A stretch of 64,000 bases of DNA from Alphaproteobacteria bacterium (GTDB lineage: Bacteria > Pseudomonadota > Alphaproteobacteria > CALKHQ01): contig CBDDFZ010000001.1 of the NCBI GenBank assembly GCA_965227515.1, positions 3,424,001-3,488,000 on the forward strand, in the 5' to 3' direction. The position numbers and the translations under genes were made by a program. The notes beneath the pieces were generated by a model. It saw only the letters and a list, made by a program, of their open reading frames with translations. It was not told where the DNA came from and ran no database searches. Numbering within the stretch: the stretch's first letter is position 1; every line of letters starts with the position of its first letter. Positions 20,708 to 30,985 of this stretch are shown in pieces.

Positions 20708-21505
20708 TCATTCGAATACGCCGTGGAAGCGGCCCAGGAAAGCGGCAAGCCGCTCGGAACCGGGGTTGGCGAACAACTCCGCCGGCGGGCCGTCGGCCGC
20801 GATCCGCCCCTCGGCCATGAACACCACGCGGCTGGCCACCTCGCGCACGAACAGCATTTCGTGGCTGACGACCAGCATCGTCATGCCGCTGCGTGCCAGG
20901 TCCTGCATCACCGTCAGCACCTCTTGCACCAGCTCCGGGTCCAGGGCCGACGTCACCTCGTCGAACAGCACCAGCTTCGGCTCCATGGCGACCGCGCGGG
21001 CGATCGCGACGCGCTGCTGCTGACCGCCGGAGAGCTGGAACGGATAGTTGCGGCGCTTGTCGCCCAGGCCGACCCGCTCCAGCCAGCGTGCCGCAATCTC
21101 GCGCGCTTGCGGCACGGGCAGCTTGCGCACCTTGGTCAGGCCCAGCATCACGTTCTCTTCCGCCGTCATATGCGGGAAGAGGTTGAAGCTCTGGAACACC
21201 ATGCCGATCTTGGCCCGCTGCCGCGCGATCTCCCGCTCCGACAGGCGGGTGCGCCCGCCCCCGCGTGTCCGGTAGCCGATGCTCTCCCCATCGACATGGA
21301 TTTCGCCGGCCTCGAACGTCTCCAGCATGTTGATGCAGCGCAGGAGCGTGGTCTTGCCGGACCCGCTGGACCCGATCAGCGCCACCACTTCGCCCTGCCG
21401 CACATCGGTGGTGATGCCCTTCAGCACCTCCAGGTCGTCGAAGCGCTTGTGCAGGTCCTCGATGTGCAGCAATGCCTCGGGCTTTGCGGACGCGGTGTCG
21501 GCCAT
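20708..21505 (-). CDS. Polar amino acid ABC transporter ATP-binding protein
   Basis: GSSGSGKT, LSGGQQQRVAIARA and FDEVTSALDPE. Confidence 0.95.
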   Translation of the reverse strand: MADTASAKPEALLHIEDLHKRFDDLEVLKGITTDVRQGEVVALIGSSGSGKTTLLRCINMLETFEAGEIHVDGESIGYRTRGGGRTRLSEREIARQRAKIGMVFQSFNLFPHMTAEENVMLGLTKVRKLPVPQAREIAARWLERVGLGDKRRNYPFQLSGGQQQRVAIARAVAMEPKLVLFDEVTSALDPELVQEVLTVMQDLARSGMTMLVVSHEMLFVREVASRVVFMAEGRIAADGPPAELFANPGSERLAAFLGRFHGVFE

Positions 21506-21512
21506 GGCGCTC

Positions 21513-22181
21513 TCAGTATTTGAGGTAGGCGAAACGGCGCTCCAACCGGGCACCGAGCCAGGAAACGGCGAAACAGATGATGAAATAGACCACCGCGGCG
21601 AACAGGTAGAACGGGATCGGCTTGTAGGTGCGGCCGATAATCTGCTGGGTCGACAGCAGGAGTTCGACCACGCCGATCACCGACAGCAGCGACGATGCCT
21701 TGATGATCTCGACCGCCGTGTTCACCCAGGGCGGCAGCATGCGGCGCGCGGCCTGGGGCAGGATCACGTACCAGGCGCGTTGCCAGAAATCGAGGCCGAT
21801 GGATTTCGACGCCTCGGTCTGGCCGACCGGGATCGACATGATCGCGCCGCGGGCCAATTCGGCGACGTGGGCGCCGCAGAACGCCGCCAACGCCAGCGCC
21901 CCGGCCTCGAACGCACCGATATCGGCGCCCAGCAGCGACAGCCCGTAGTAGCTGAAGAAGATCAGCACCAGCACCGGAATGCCGCGCATGATGTCGACAT
22001 AGGCGCGGACCGGGATGCGCACGGCGATGTTGCCGTATGCCAGCGCCAACCCGAACAGCATGCCGATGATGGTGCCGACCAGGATCGAGATCGCGGACAC
22101 CTCCACCGTGATCCACAGCCCCTCCAGCATGGAGTAGCGCGCCACCCAGAGCTGCTCCCAGAATGTCGGCTGGCCTTCCAC
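21513..22181 (-). CDS. Polar amino acid ABC transporter permease
   Basis: RGIPVLV, EAA loop GQTEASKSIG and ILPQA. Confidence 0.95.
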   Translation of the reverse strand: MEGQPTFWEQLWVARYSMLEGLWITVEVSAISILVGTIIGMLFGLALAYGNIAVRIPVRAYVDIMRGIPVLVLIFFSYYGLSLLGADIGAFEAGALALAAFCGAHVAELARGAIMSIPVGQTEASKSIGLDFWQRAWYVILPQAARRMLPPWVNTAVEIIKASSLLSVIGVVELLLSTQQIIGRTYKPIPFYLFAAVVYFIICFAVSWLGARLERRFAYLKY

Positions 22182-22190
22182 GCGCGTCTC

Positions 22191-22856
22191 CTACCTGATG
22201 CTCGCGTAGCGCCGTTCGACCATACGCAGGCCGAAGGCGATGCTGTAGCAGACCGCCAGATAGAGGCCGCTGGCGACCATCCATGTTTCGATCACGCGGA
22301 ACGTTTCGACGTTGATCTGGCGGGCATAGAAGGTGAGTTCGGGCACCGCGATGGCGGCGGCGAGCGATGTGTCCTTGAACAGCGAGATGAAGTTGGACGA
22401 CAGCGCCGGCAGCGTGATGCGGAACATGACCGGCAGCACGACATAGCGTTGGCGCTGCAGCGGCATCAGGCCGATCGCCTTGCCGGCCTCGACATACTGG
22501 GTCGGGATTGACCCCAGCCCCGCCCTGAACACCTCGGTCAAATAGGCCCCGGCGTAGAGCGCCAGGGTCAGCATGAAGCTGTCGTACTTGTCGAAGATCA
22601 GGATGCCGAATTCCGGCAGGCCGAAGAAGACGAAGAAGATCAGCAACAGGATCGGCGTGTTCCGGATCACCTCCACATAGGTTGCCACCAGCCACCGCAG
22701 CGGCGGGATCTTCGACGTGCGGCCATAGGCACACAACAGGCCGATGATCGCGCCGACGAACAGCGAGATCACGGCCATCAACAGGCCGAGGCCCAGGCCC
22801 GACAGCAGATTGTCGAAATCCCGCCAGACGGGATCGAAGTTGAAGTCGTAGTCCAT
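22191..22856 (-). CDS. Polar amino acid ABC transporter permease
   Basis: RNTPILL, EVFRAG and LFKDTSL. Confidence 0.95.
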   Translation of the reverse strand: MDYDFNFDPVWRDFDNLLSGLGLGLLMAVISLFVGAIIGLLCAYGRTSKIPPLRWLVATYVEVIRNTPILLLIFFVFFGLPEFGILIFDKYDSFMLTLALYAGAYLTEVFRAGLGSIPTQYVEAGKAIGLMPLQRQRYVVLPVMFRITLPALSSNFISLFKDTSLAAAIAVPELTFYARQINVETFRVIETWMVASGLYLAVCYSIAFGLRMVERRYASIR

Positions 22857-22885
22857 CCGGCGGGATGAAGACCTTTCGTCAAAAG

Positions 22886-22967
22886 TCTGCGCCGGCCCTC
22901 ACCCCCACCCGGCCGCCCAACAACAGTATGCTGACTGGGTGGCCGGACGGGGTGCGGGCCGGTGCCG
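22886..22967. repeat. Palindromic REP/MITE-core element
   Basis: GCCGGCCCTCACCCCCACCCGGCCGCCCA...TGGGTGGCCGGACGGGGTGCGGGCCGG; a near-copy lies at about 24655-24730. Confidence 0.75.
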
Positions 22968-23033
22968 ACTTCGCGAGTGCGAAAGCGATCGGGGAAGCAA
23001 GCGGCCGGACGCTAACGCCCGGCCGCAATCGGA

Positions 23034-23948
23034 TCAGGAATACTCAACCGGGAAACCGGTGCTGGGCGGCGGCACATCGACGCCGAACCACGTCTTGAAC
23101 GATGCCTGATAGCTCAGGAAATCGACGCCGGTCATCGCCTCGTGCAGGATCGAATTGACGTAGTTGAGCCACACCTGGTCGCCGGGCTTGACGGCCGCGG
23201 CATAGGAGTTCGGCATCCAGCCATAGCCGCTGTCGACATACCGGCCCGGGAACTGCGCCATGATCCAGCCGATGGTCGACTGGTCGAGCGCGGCAGCGGT
23301 CGCACGGCGCGAGTTCATGGCCTGGATTTCAGCGTCGACGCTCTCGTACTGGTCGACCACCGCTTCCGGCAGCGCCAGGCGGATCCAGTCCTCGATGAAC
23401 ACGTTCTGAAGGGCGGAAATCGTGATGTCGGACCCGCCGGCCAGCAACTGGTCGTAGGTCTGAATCTCCTCGCCGGCCAGCATCATGAAGCCCACGCCCT
23501 CGCGATAGTAGGGAATGGTGAACTCCACCTGTTGGGCGCGGCCGGGCGTGATGGTCATGAACTGGAAGATCGCGTCCACCTTGTCGGTGACAAGGTTCGG
23601 AATACGCGCATCCGACGCCCCGATCACGAACTCGACCGCCTGGTCGTCGTCGAACAGGCCCTTGGCGAGCAGCCGGGCCATGTCGATATCCATGCCCTGC
23701 AGCTCTCCGGCCTCGTCCTCGAAATGCCAGGGCGGGTTGGTGCTGCCGGTGCCGACGATGACGTGGCCGCGGTCCAGCACGGTCGCCAGCCGGCTGCCGC
23801 CGTCCTGCGCCATCGCCTTCTTGGTGCCGGCCGTCATGGTCGCGGTTCCCGCGAGCGCCGCCGCACCGGCCACGCCGAGCGACGACAACGCCAGCATGTT
23901 GCGCCGGTTGACCGCGCCTTCGCCCGTTTCGTCGTTGTGGTCGCTCAT
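23034..23948 (-). CDS. Amino acid ABC transporter substrate-binding protein (Tat signal)
   Basis: NRRNML twin-arginine signal. PPWHF, G.DIDMAR and VEFTIPYY motifs (SBP_bac_3). Confidence 0.93.
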   Translation of the reverse strand: MSDHNDETGEGAVNRRNMLALSSLGVAGAAALAGTATMTAGTKKAMAQDGGSRLATVLDRGHVIVGTGSTNPPWHFEDEAGELQGMDIDMARLLAKGLFDDDQAVEFVIGASDARIPNLVTDKVDAIFQFMTITPGRAQQVEFTIPYYREGVGFMMLAGEEIQTYDQLLAGGSDITISALQNVFIEDWIRLALPEAVVDQYESVDAEIQAMNSRRATAAALDQSTIGWIMAQFPGRYVDSGYGWMPNSYAAAVKPGDQVWLNYVNSILHEAMTGVDFLSYQASFKTWFGVDVPPPSTGFPVEYS

Positions 23949-24243
23949 CGTCCGTTCTCCCCATCAGGCGGTGCATGCCGCCCAATGCGGCAAATCGGCA
24001 CCAAGTGTTGAGACTGCGCGTGCGGCCGAGAACCGGCCGGTCGCAATACCGGTCGATTGTGCACCTGCACACACCTGGGGACAAGGCAAAGAAGTTTCGT
24101 CTGGGGCAAAATCGTTAAAATGTTGCGCCGAAAATCCGCCAAATACGACCGCATTTTGTGAACGCGGCGGATATGGAATTTTTGTTTCAAAGGGCTATAT
24201 TTGGAAGCACTACGCGTCCGAAACGAAAGAAGGAGTGGCCACC

Positions 24244-24411
24244 ATGAGCCAACTCGGGCATTTGGAGGATCTTCGCGCGCAGCATGCTCGGCTGCATACG
24301 CAGATCGAGGAAGAACTCGCGAGGGTCTCTCCGGATGAAGTACGAGTGCAGGAACTCAAGCGTGAGAAGCTCAAGATCAAGGACGAGATAGCGCGCCAAG
24401 CGCCGCATTAG
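24244..24411 (+). CDS. DUF465 (YdcH) family protein
   Basis: HLEDLRAQHARLH..I..E...PD..V..LKREKLKIKDEI, with AGGAG RBS. Confidence 0.9.
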   Translation: MSQLGHLEDLRAQHARLHTQIEEELARVSPDEVRVQELKREKLKIKDEIARQAPH

Positions 24412-24422
24412 CGAATTCGATC

Positions 24423-24452
24423 AAACCGGCCGGGACTTTCCCGGCCGGTTTT
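24423..24452 (+). terminator. Rho-independent terminator
   Basis: AAACCGGCCGGGA-CTT-TCCCGGCCGGTTTT. Confidence 0.8.
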
Positions 24453-24526
24453 GGTTTCAGGGCCCGGTTTTGGTTTTAGGGCCCGGTCTTGGTTTCAGGG
24501 CCCGATCTTGGTTTCAGGGTCCGGCG
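24451..24526 (+). repeat. Tandem repeat, 4 x 19 bp
   Basis: TTGGTTT(C/T)AGGG(C/T)CCG... units start at 24451, 24470, 24489 and 24508. Confidence 0.9.
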
Positions 24527-24630
24527 CGACGGTACTGCTGACCGTCGTATTGCGGTGTGTGCCGCATTCCCGACTTGACCGGCCCGGGCGGATTGCACAG
24601 GTCTGGGCCGCTGTTTGGCAGGCTCCGGCA

Positions 24631-24758
24631 CTAGAGCATGATCATTTAAGCCGGCACCGGCCCTCTCCCCCACCCGGCCGCCCACGAGAGTATCCTGCTG
24701 GGTGGCCGGGTGGGGGAGAGGGCTGGCGCAGATTCAGCGTAAGCTGATCCTGATCTAG
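24631..24758. mobile_element. MITE/CIR-like element (128 bp)
   Basis: Imperfect terminal inverted repeats CTAGAGCATGATC...GATCCTGATCTAG enclose a long GC-rich hairpin. Confidence 0.6.
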
Positions 24759-24828
24759 CCGGAGCGCGTGTTCACGCACACGCGCTCCAGCGGTTGTCGG
24801 TTGCCCCTACTCCAACCTTGATGACCGC

Positions 24829-27800
24829 CTACTCCACTTTGATAACCATCGAACCGATCACCTGGTCCGACCGGCCCATCAGGTACTGTACCTCGTAGGC
24901 GCCCGTCTCCTCCGGCACCTGGATTTCCGCCGGCGAGCCGCTGCCGATACCGACCTGGGACAGGATCGCGCCTTCCGGATCGTCCGCCGCGACGATGACG
25001 ATTCGGTCGCCATTGTTGCCGGGCCCCTCGAAGTCGATCAGCACCCAATGGCCCGGACCGGCGGTCGCGGGTCCACTGAGGGTGGCGGTCGGCTGCACGA
25101 CAACCAGCGGCACCACGACCAAGGCACGGCGGTCCTGGCCCGTCAGGTAGCGTAGCTCGTAGTTGCCGGGCTCGTCGGGCGCGCGCAATTCCACCGGAGA
25201 GCCGTTGTCGGCCCGCCCATAGACCAGGTAGTCGGCCTGGCGCGACCCGACTTCGGCAATGGTGATGCGGTCGTTGCTGTTGCCGGGCCCCTCGAACACG
25301 ACATCGAACTCGGCGCCGGCGAACACCTCGCCCGGTTCCTCGATACTGGCGGTCGCCGCCGTCACCTCGATCGGCACCGCGACCAACGTCGCGCGCGCCT
25401 GCCCGGTCATATAGCGGATCTCGTAGCTGCCGGGCCGGTCCGGCGCGGTCAGCTCGGCCGGCACGCCGTTGCGGGTGTCGAAGTAGTCGCGGTACTGGCC
25501 GTCGTCGGCATCCGCTTCGACGATGACGATCCGGTCGCCCTGGTTGTTCGGGCCTTCCCAGACCACCTCGAAGTCCGCGCCGGCACCGATGGTCTCCGGG
25601 GCCTGCAGGCTGGCGCTGGCCGCGGTGACGGTGATCGGCACCGCCACCAGCGTGGCGCGGCTGCCGCCGGTCATGTAGCGAACCTCATAGTCGCCCGGCA
25701 CGTCAGGTGCGTTCAACTCGGCCGGGTTGCCATTGCGGGTGTCGAAATAGTCGCGGTACTGGCCGTCGTCGGCACCGGCCTCGACGATGATGATGCGGTC
25801 GCCCTGATTGTCCGGCCCTTCCCACACCACTTCGAACGCGCCACCGGCCCCGATGGTCTCCGGCGCCTGCAGGCTGGCACTGGCCGCGGTCACGGTGATC
25901 GGCACCGACGCCAGCGTGGCGCGGCTCTGACCGGTCATGTAGCGGACCTCGTAGTCGCCCGGCACGTCAGGTGCGTTCAACTCGGCGGGCGAGCCGTTGC
26001 GGGTGTCGAAATAGTCGCGGTACTGGCCCTCGTCCGCCCCGGCCTCGACGATGATGATCCGGTCGCCCTGGTTGTCCGGGCCTTCCCAGACCACGTCGAA
26101 CTCGGCACCGGCGCCAACCGTCTCGGGCGCTTGCAGGCTCGCCCCGGCGGCCACCACCGAAATCGGCACCGCGGCCAGCGTCGCCCGGCTCTGGCCGGTC
26201 ATGTAGCGGACCTCATAGTCGCCCGGCGCATCCGGCGCCCTCAACTCGGCCGGCGATCCGTCGCGCGCGTAGAAATAGTCGCGATACTGGCCTTCGTCGG
26301 CGCCCGCCTCGACGATGATGATGCGATCGTTGTTGTTGGCGGGGCCGGTCCAACTCACCTCGAACTCGGTGCCCGCACCAACGCTTTCCGGTGCCTCCAG
26401 CGCTACCGCGACCGACACCACCGAGACCGGGACGGACGCCAGAGTCAGCTGGTCCTGGCCGGTCATGTAGCGGACCTCGTAGTCGCCCGGCGCATCGGGC
26501 GCGGTCAGCTCGGCCGGCGACCCGTCGCGAGCGTAGAAGTAGTCGCGGTACTGGCCCTCGTCAGCGCCGGCCTCGACAATGATGATCCGGTCGTTGTTGT
26601 GGCCGGGACCCGTCCACGTGGCCTCGAAATCGCTGCCGGCCACCACTTCGGCCGGAGCCTCCAGCGCTGCCAGCGCTTCGGTCACGACGATATCCACAGC
26701 GGCGAGCGTCCGCTGGCCTTCGCCGGTCATGTAGCGAATTTCGTACGCACCCGGCACATCTGGCATGGTCAGCGTCGCCGGCGAGCCGTCACGCGCATAG
26801 AAGTAGTCGCGATACCGGCCCTCGTCGGCGCCGGCCTCGACCACGATGATGCGGTCATTGCGATTGCCTGGGCCGGTCCAATGAACCTCGACGTCGCTGC
26901 CGGCAACCGCCTGGTTCGGGGCTTCGAGGGTGGCGACGACGTCGACCACTTCGATCGCCTGAGACGCCAGCACGATGCTGGACTGGCCGCTGACATAGCG
27001 GACCTCGTAGGCGCCGGCGATCTCTGGCGCGGTCAGGTCCGCGGGGCTGCCGCCGGTCGTGTACTCGTAGTCACCGTACTCGGCCTCGGCCGCGCCCACG
27101 GGGACGATGGTGATGTAGTCGTTCGGCCCTTCCGGACCCTGCCACGCCACGTCGAACTGACTGCCGATCAGCACTGTCTCCGGCGCCGACACCGATGCCG
27201 GAACCTCCAGGATGGTGACTTGCAGGCTGGCCAGCGTTTCCTGGGTCGGCCCGTAGACGTAGCGCACCTCGTACGCACCGGGCACGTCGGGCGCGGTCAG
27301 GTCCAGCGGGCTACCGACGGTGGTGTACTCGTAGTTGCCGTAGTTACCCTCGGCCGCGCCGACCGGCACGATGGTGATGTAGTCGTTCTCGGCATCGGGC
27401 CCTTCCCAGGTCACGGCGAAGTCGCTGCTCATCGGGATCGCCGGGTCTTCGACGCTCAGCGACGCCGGCGCGATGTTGGCGTCCAGGGTCACGCGCTGGA
27501 TCGCGGCGACACCGGCCTCGACGCTGAATTCGATCTGGCCCTCAGCGCCCTCGGTCATGGCGATGGCGACGTACTGGCCCTCTTCCAGATAGAGCTCGGG
27601 CCGCGCGACGATCTCGCCGTCCAGCATTGCCTGCTCGTCGTCCAGCGCAACCACCGTCCATGTCACGCCGTTGTCGATCACCGCACCGCTGGCGCCGTCG
27701 ATCGCCTCGAACACGATCAGCGCGTCGTCCGGCGGCAATGGCGCCTGCTCGGTCACGTTCAACAGCGCGTCAGACAGTTCCTGTGCATTGCTCGCGGGCA

Positions 27801-28383
27801 CGAAAATGCCGCCGGTGTTCTCCGCGATGCAGGAGAGCTGCGCCTGGTCCTCCGGATCGGCGACGTCGAACCCGATGACGTGCGCGGTGAACTGCACGCC
27901 AGAGCGCTCCAGTTCGGTCGCCAGCGCGCAAGGATCGGCGTCGCAGGTCTCGATGCCGTCGCTCAGCAGCACGACTGTGGCCGGGTTATCTCGATAGCTC
28001 AGGGTCTCGGCCGCCAGGCGCACGGCCTCGGTCAGCGGCGTGCGGCCGCGCGGCACCAGGCTGTTGACCAGATCGGTGAAGTTTGGCGCATCGACCCGCC
28101 CAACCGGCATCACCAGCTCGATGTCGCCGCAATCGCCCTCGCGGCGATGGCCGTATGCCACCATGCCCAGACTGGTGGTCGCGTCCCAGTCAAGCAGCAG
28201 GTCGCCGATCACCTCTCGCGCGATCTCGATCTTGGAGACGCCGTCGATCTGGCCCCACATGCTGTTGGAAACGTCCAGCACGAGGATGACATCGTTGTCG
28301 GCCGCCTCGGACCGTTCGGTCACGGCGGACCCGGCCAACGCCATCAGGCCAACGACGAATATCCTGGACCAGATCGCACGCAT
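24829..28383 (-). CDS. Secreted vWA-domain protein with 10 tandem ~88-aa Ig-like repeats
   Basis: Signal peptide and MIDAS motif DVSNSM..TPL..SDG, then the repeated unit W.GP...D.I.IV..GA..G.Y..Y......GSP..L.APD.PG.YEVRY. Confidence 0.9.
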   Translation of the reverse strand: MRAIWSRIFVVGLMALAGSAVTERSEAADNDVILVLDVSNSMWGQIDGVSKIEIAREVIGDLLLDWDATTSLGMVAYGHRREGDCGDIELVMPVGRVDAPNFTDLVNSLVPRGRTPLTEAVRLAAETLSYRDNPATVVLLSDGIETCDADPCALATELERSGVQFTAHVIGFDVADPEDQAQLSCIAENTGGIFVPASNAQELSDALLNVTEQAPLPPDDALIVFEAIDGASGAVIDNGVTWTVVALDDEQAMLDGEIVARPELYLEEGQYVAIAMTEGAEGQIEFSVEAGVAAIQRVTLDANIAPASLSVEDPAIPMSSDFAVTWEGPDAENDYITIVPVGAAEGNYGNYEYTTVGSPLDLTAPDVPGAYEVRYVYGPTQETLASLQVTILEVPASVSAPETVLIGSQFDVAWQGPEGPNDYITIVPVGAAEAEYGDYEYTTGGSPADLTAPEIAGAYEVRYVSGQSSIVLASQAIEVVDVVATLEAPNQAVAGSDVEVHWTGPGNRNDRIIVVEAGADEGRYRDYFYARDGSPATLTMPDVPGAYEIRYMTGEGQRTLAAVDIVVTEALAALEAPAEVVAGSDFEATWTGPGHNNDRIIIVEAGADEGQYRDYFYARDGSPAELTAPDAPGDYEVRYMTGQDQLTLASVPVSVVSVAVALEAPESVGAGTEFEVSWTGPANNNDRIIIVEAGADEGQYRDYFYARDGSPAELRAPDAPGDYEVRYMTGQSRATLAAVPISVVAAGASLQAPETVGAGAEFDVVWEGPDNQGDRIIIVEAGADEGQYRDYFDTRNGSPAELNAPDVPGDYEVRYMTGQSRATLASVPITVTAASASLQAPETIGAGGAFEVVWEGPDNQGDRIIIVEAGADDGQYRDYFDTRNGNPAELNAPDVPGDYEVRYMTGGSRATLVAVPITVTAASASLQAPETIGAGADFEVVWEGPNNQGDRIVIVEADADDGQYRDYFDTRNGVPAELTAPDRPGSYEIRYMTGQARATLVAVPIEVTAATASIEEPGEVFAGAEFDVVFEGPGNSNDRITIAEVGSRQADYLVYGRADNGSPVELRAPDEPGNYELRYLTGQDRRALVVVPLVVVQPTATLSGPATAGPGHWVLIDFEGPGNNGDRIVIVAADDPEGAILSQVGIGSGSPAEIQVPEETGAYEVQYLMGRSDQVIGSMVIKVE

Positions 28384-28450
28384 CGGCTTTCCTTCCCCTT
28401 CTTGCCCCTGGGCGGGACATAACTGCTATCGAATCATCCTGGTCGACACT

Positions 28451-29152
28451 ATGCCATACGACCTGACGCGACGACCGGCACGCAGCGCCGCCCAACGTAC
28501 TTGTAACGTGTGGCGGGCCGCTGCGTTCCTGGCCATGGCATGGCTGGGCGCAACCGTAACCGGCTGCGGCTTCCACGTCCCCGATGGGGTCACCCGTCAT
28601 GTCGATAACGCCGCTTCTCCGTCAGGCTTTAAATACTGTTTTGGGCATGGATGTGGCGATAGCGCGATGATCGCCTTTTCGGCCGACCAGTGGGCCGATG
28701 TGCGGGCGTTGTTCGATCCCGAAACCATGGATGCCGAGACCGAACGGGCGCGGATCGCCGAGGCAGTGGCGCTGATGGAGACGATGGCCGGGGCCAAGGC
28801 CGGCACCTCGGGCGACGTTGGCGGCACCGGCGGCGGTCTTTTCCGCCACGGCCAGCTCGACTGCTATGACGAGGCGATCAACACCTCCAATTTCATTGCC
28901 ATGCTGTGGGGCGACGACCTGTTGCGCTTCCACCGCCCCAGCTCGCCGGCCCAGCACGGCATCATGTCGGGCTGGTGGTGGCCGCACGCCACCGCGGTGA
29001 TCGAACAGATCCCCGGCCCGTCGACCGGCCTCGCCAGCGCCACGCGCTATGCCGTGGACAGTTGGTTCCACGACAATGGCAGCAGGCCGGAGGTCGTGAC
29101 CCTGGCCGCTTGGCGGCAGGGCTGGAAGCCGACGGCGACCGCTTCGCGCTGA
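28451..29152 (+). CDS. Hypothetical lipoprotein
   Basis: Lipobox VTGC. YCFGHGC, GQLDCYDEAINT, PHATAVI and YAVDSWF suggest a Cys-His-Asp papain-like arrangement. Confidence 0.75.
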   Translation: MPYDLTRRPARSAAQRTCNVWRAAAFLAMAWLGATVTGCGFHVPDGVTRHVDNAASPSGFKYCFGHGCGDSAMIAFSADQWADVRALFDPETMDAETERARIAEAVALMETMAGAKAGTSGDVGGTGGGLFRHGQLDCYDEAINTSNFIAMLWGDDLLRFHRPSSPAQHGIMSGWWWPHATAVIEQIPGPSTGLASATRYAVDSWFHDNGSRPEVVTLAAWRQGWKPTATASR

Positions 29153-29289
29153 ACAAGGCCGCCGAGGCCGCGCATGCCGCGCCGCTCCGCCGCCGGGCGA
29201 GAATGCGATGCAGCTGTCATTGCCTTTTGCTAGTTTGGCGGCAACGGCGAAACCCGCCGCCCATGGCCCTTGCTGAGGAGACCCCGACC

Positions 29290-30831
29290 ATGATGATCCG
29301 CACCCCGGTATCGAGAACGGCCCGCGCCACGATAGCCACCCTGACAGCCGCGCTGATGGCCGGAACGGCTTGGTCAGGGGCGGCCCTGGCGCAGGAGCCG
29401 ATCGAGGCGACGATCCGCATCGTTCATATCAGCGACATCGACCGCATGGAGGACGACGACGGTTCCGGCGGCATCGCCAAGGTAGTCGGCGCGATCAAGA
29501 TGGCCGAGGCCGAACACGGCGGCGACGTTCTGGTGACCCTGGGCGGCGATTTCCTGTCGCCGTCGCTGATGTCCGGGTTCGACCAGGGTGCCCACATGGT
29601 GGCGTTGCTCAACGAGGTCGGCGTCGACGTCGGCGTGCCCGGCAACCACGAGTTCGACTTCGGGCCGGACGTCGCGATGACCCGCCTGGGCGAGGCGAGC
29701 TTCCCCTTCGTCTCCACCAACATCGTCTACAACGGGGCGCCATTGACACAGGCGAATGAGATGGTCACCGTCGACGGCATCAACATCGGGTTTCTGGGGC
29801 TGACGACGCTGGATACGGCGGTCATCTCCAGCCCCGGCGAGGACATTGAGTTCCTGGACCCGATCGCGACCGCCGAGGAGGCAGCCGCCAGCCTGCGTGA
29901 AGAGGGCGCGCATCTGGTGATCGCGCTCAGCCACATGGACATGGACGATGATCTGGACGTGCTGCGCGCGGTGCGGGACGTCGACTTCGTGCTCAGCGGC
30001 CACAATCACGAACTGCAGGTCTGGTACAACGGCCAACAGGGCATGCTGGAAGCAGCCGCGCAGGGCGACTATGTCGGCATTCTGGACCTGACGGTGGCGG
30101 TCACCCCCGAGGAGGAAGGCGGTGTCGACATCGACTGGCGGCCGAACATCAATTTCGTGTCCACCATCGACGTCGCGCCCGATGAAGAGGCCGCCGGCTG
30201 GGTGCAGGCCTACACCGACCAGCTCGACGAGGCCCTGAATATCGACATCGGGATCACGCGGACCGAACTCGATTCGCAGCGCGGCTCGGTGCGGTCGCAG
30301 GAGACCGCGATCGGCAATCTGATCGCCGATGCCATGCGCGAGGCCGTGGGCGCCGACGTGGGCATCACCAACGGCGGCGGTATTCGCGGCGACCGCACCT
30401 ATGATGCCGACACCGTGCTGACCCGCCGCGACATTCTGAGCGAACTGCCGTTCGGGAACACGGTCGTGCTACTGGAAGTCAGTGGTGCCACGATCCGTGC
30501 CGCCCTGGAGAACGGCGTCAGCCGCATCGAGGATGGCGCAGGCCGGTTCCCGCAGGTTTCCGGCCTGACGTTCGCGTTCGACGCCGCCGCCGAGCCCGGC
30601 AGCCGCGTCGGCGACATCACCGTCGCAGGTGTCCCGCTGGACGAGGCCGCCACCTACACCCTGGCCACCAACGACTACATGGCGGGCGGCGGCGACGGCT
30701 ATGCCGCGTTCGGTGACGGCAATGTGATCATCAACGCGGTCAGCGGCCCGCTCATGGCAACCGCCGTGATCGACCACATTGCGGCAGCTGGCGAGGTGAG
30801 CCCGGCGATCGAAGGCAGGATCGTGCAGTAA
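29290..30831 (+). CDS. Bifunctional metallophosphatase / 5'-nucleotidase
   Basis: GDFLSPS, GNHEFDFG, SGHNH, NGGGIRGD, LPFGN, GRFPQVSG and GGDGY motifs. Confidence 0.92.
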   Translation: MMIRTPVSRTARATIATLTAALMAGTAWSGAALAQEPIEATIRIVHISDIDRMEDDDGSGGIAKVVGAIKMAEAEHGGDVLVTLGGDFLSPSLMSGFDQGAHMVALLNEVGVDVGVPGNHEFDFGPDVAMTRLGEASFPFVSTNIVYNGAPLTQANEMVTVDGINIGFLGLTTLDTAVISSPGEDIEFLDPIATAEEAAASLREEGAHLVIALSHMDMDDDLDVLRAVRDVDFVLSGHNHELQVWYNGQQGMLEAAAQGDYVGILDLTVAVTPEEEGGVDIDWRPNINFVSTIDVAPDEEAAGWVQAYTDQLDEALNIDIGITRTELDSQRGSVRSQETAIGNLIADAMREAVGADVGITNGGGIRGDRTYDADTVLTRRDILSELPFGNTVVLLEVSGATIRAALENGVSRIEDGAGRFPQVSGLTFAFDAAAEPGSRVGDITVAGVPLDEAATYTLATNDYMAGGGDGYAAFGDGNVIINAVSGPLMATAVIDHIAAAGEVSPAIEGRIVQ

Positions 30832-30985
30832 CACTGCTTGCCGATGGGCCGGCGATCGCTAAAGTGCTTGCAGCGGTTTCCGGCCCGTCCCCAGCTTGTC
30901 GGCACGCCGATGATCCGTTGATACGGCGTTTGCGTAGACAAAGAGCACGGAGACCTCGCAACGATCCGCAGGAGGTATCGAGATC

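Noticed and set aside
24451-24526. Possible CRISPR array
   Set aside because: The units are contiguous 19-bp tandem repeats with no unique spacers, and there are no cas genes.
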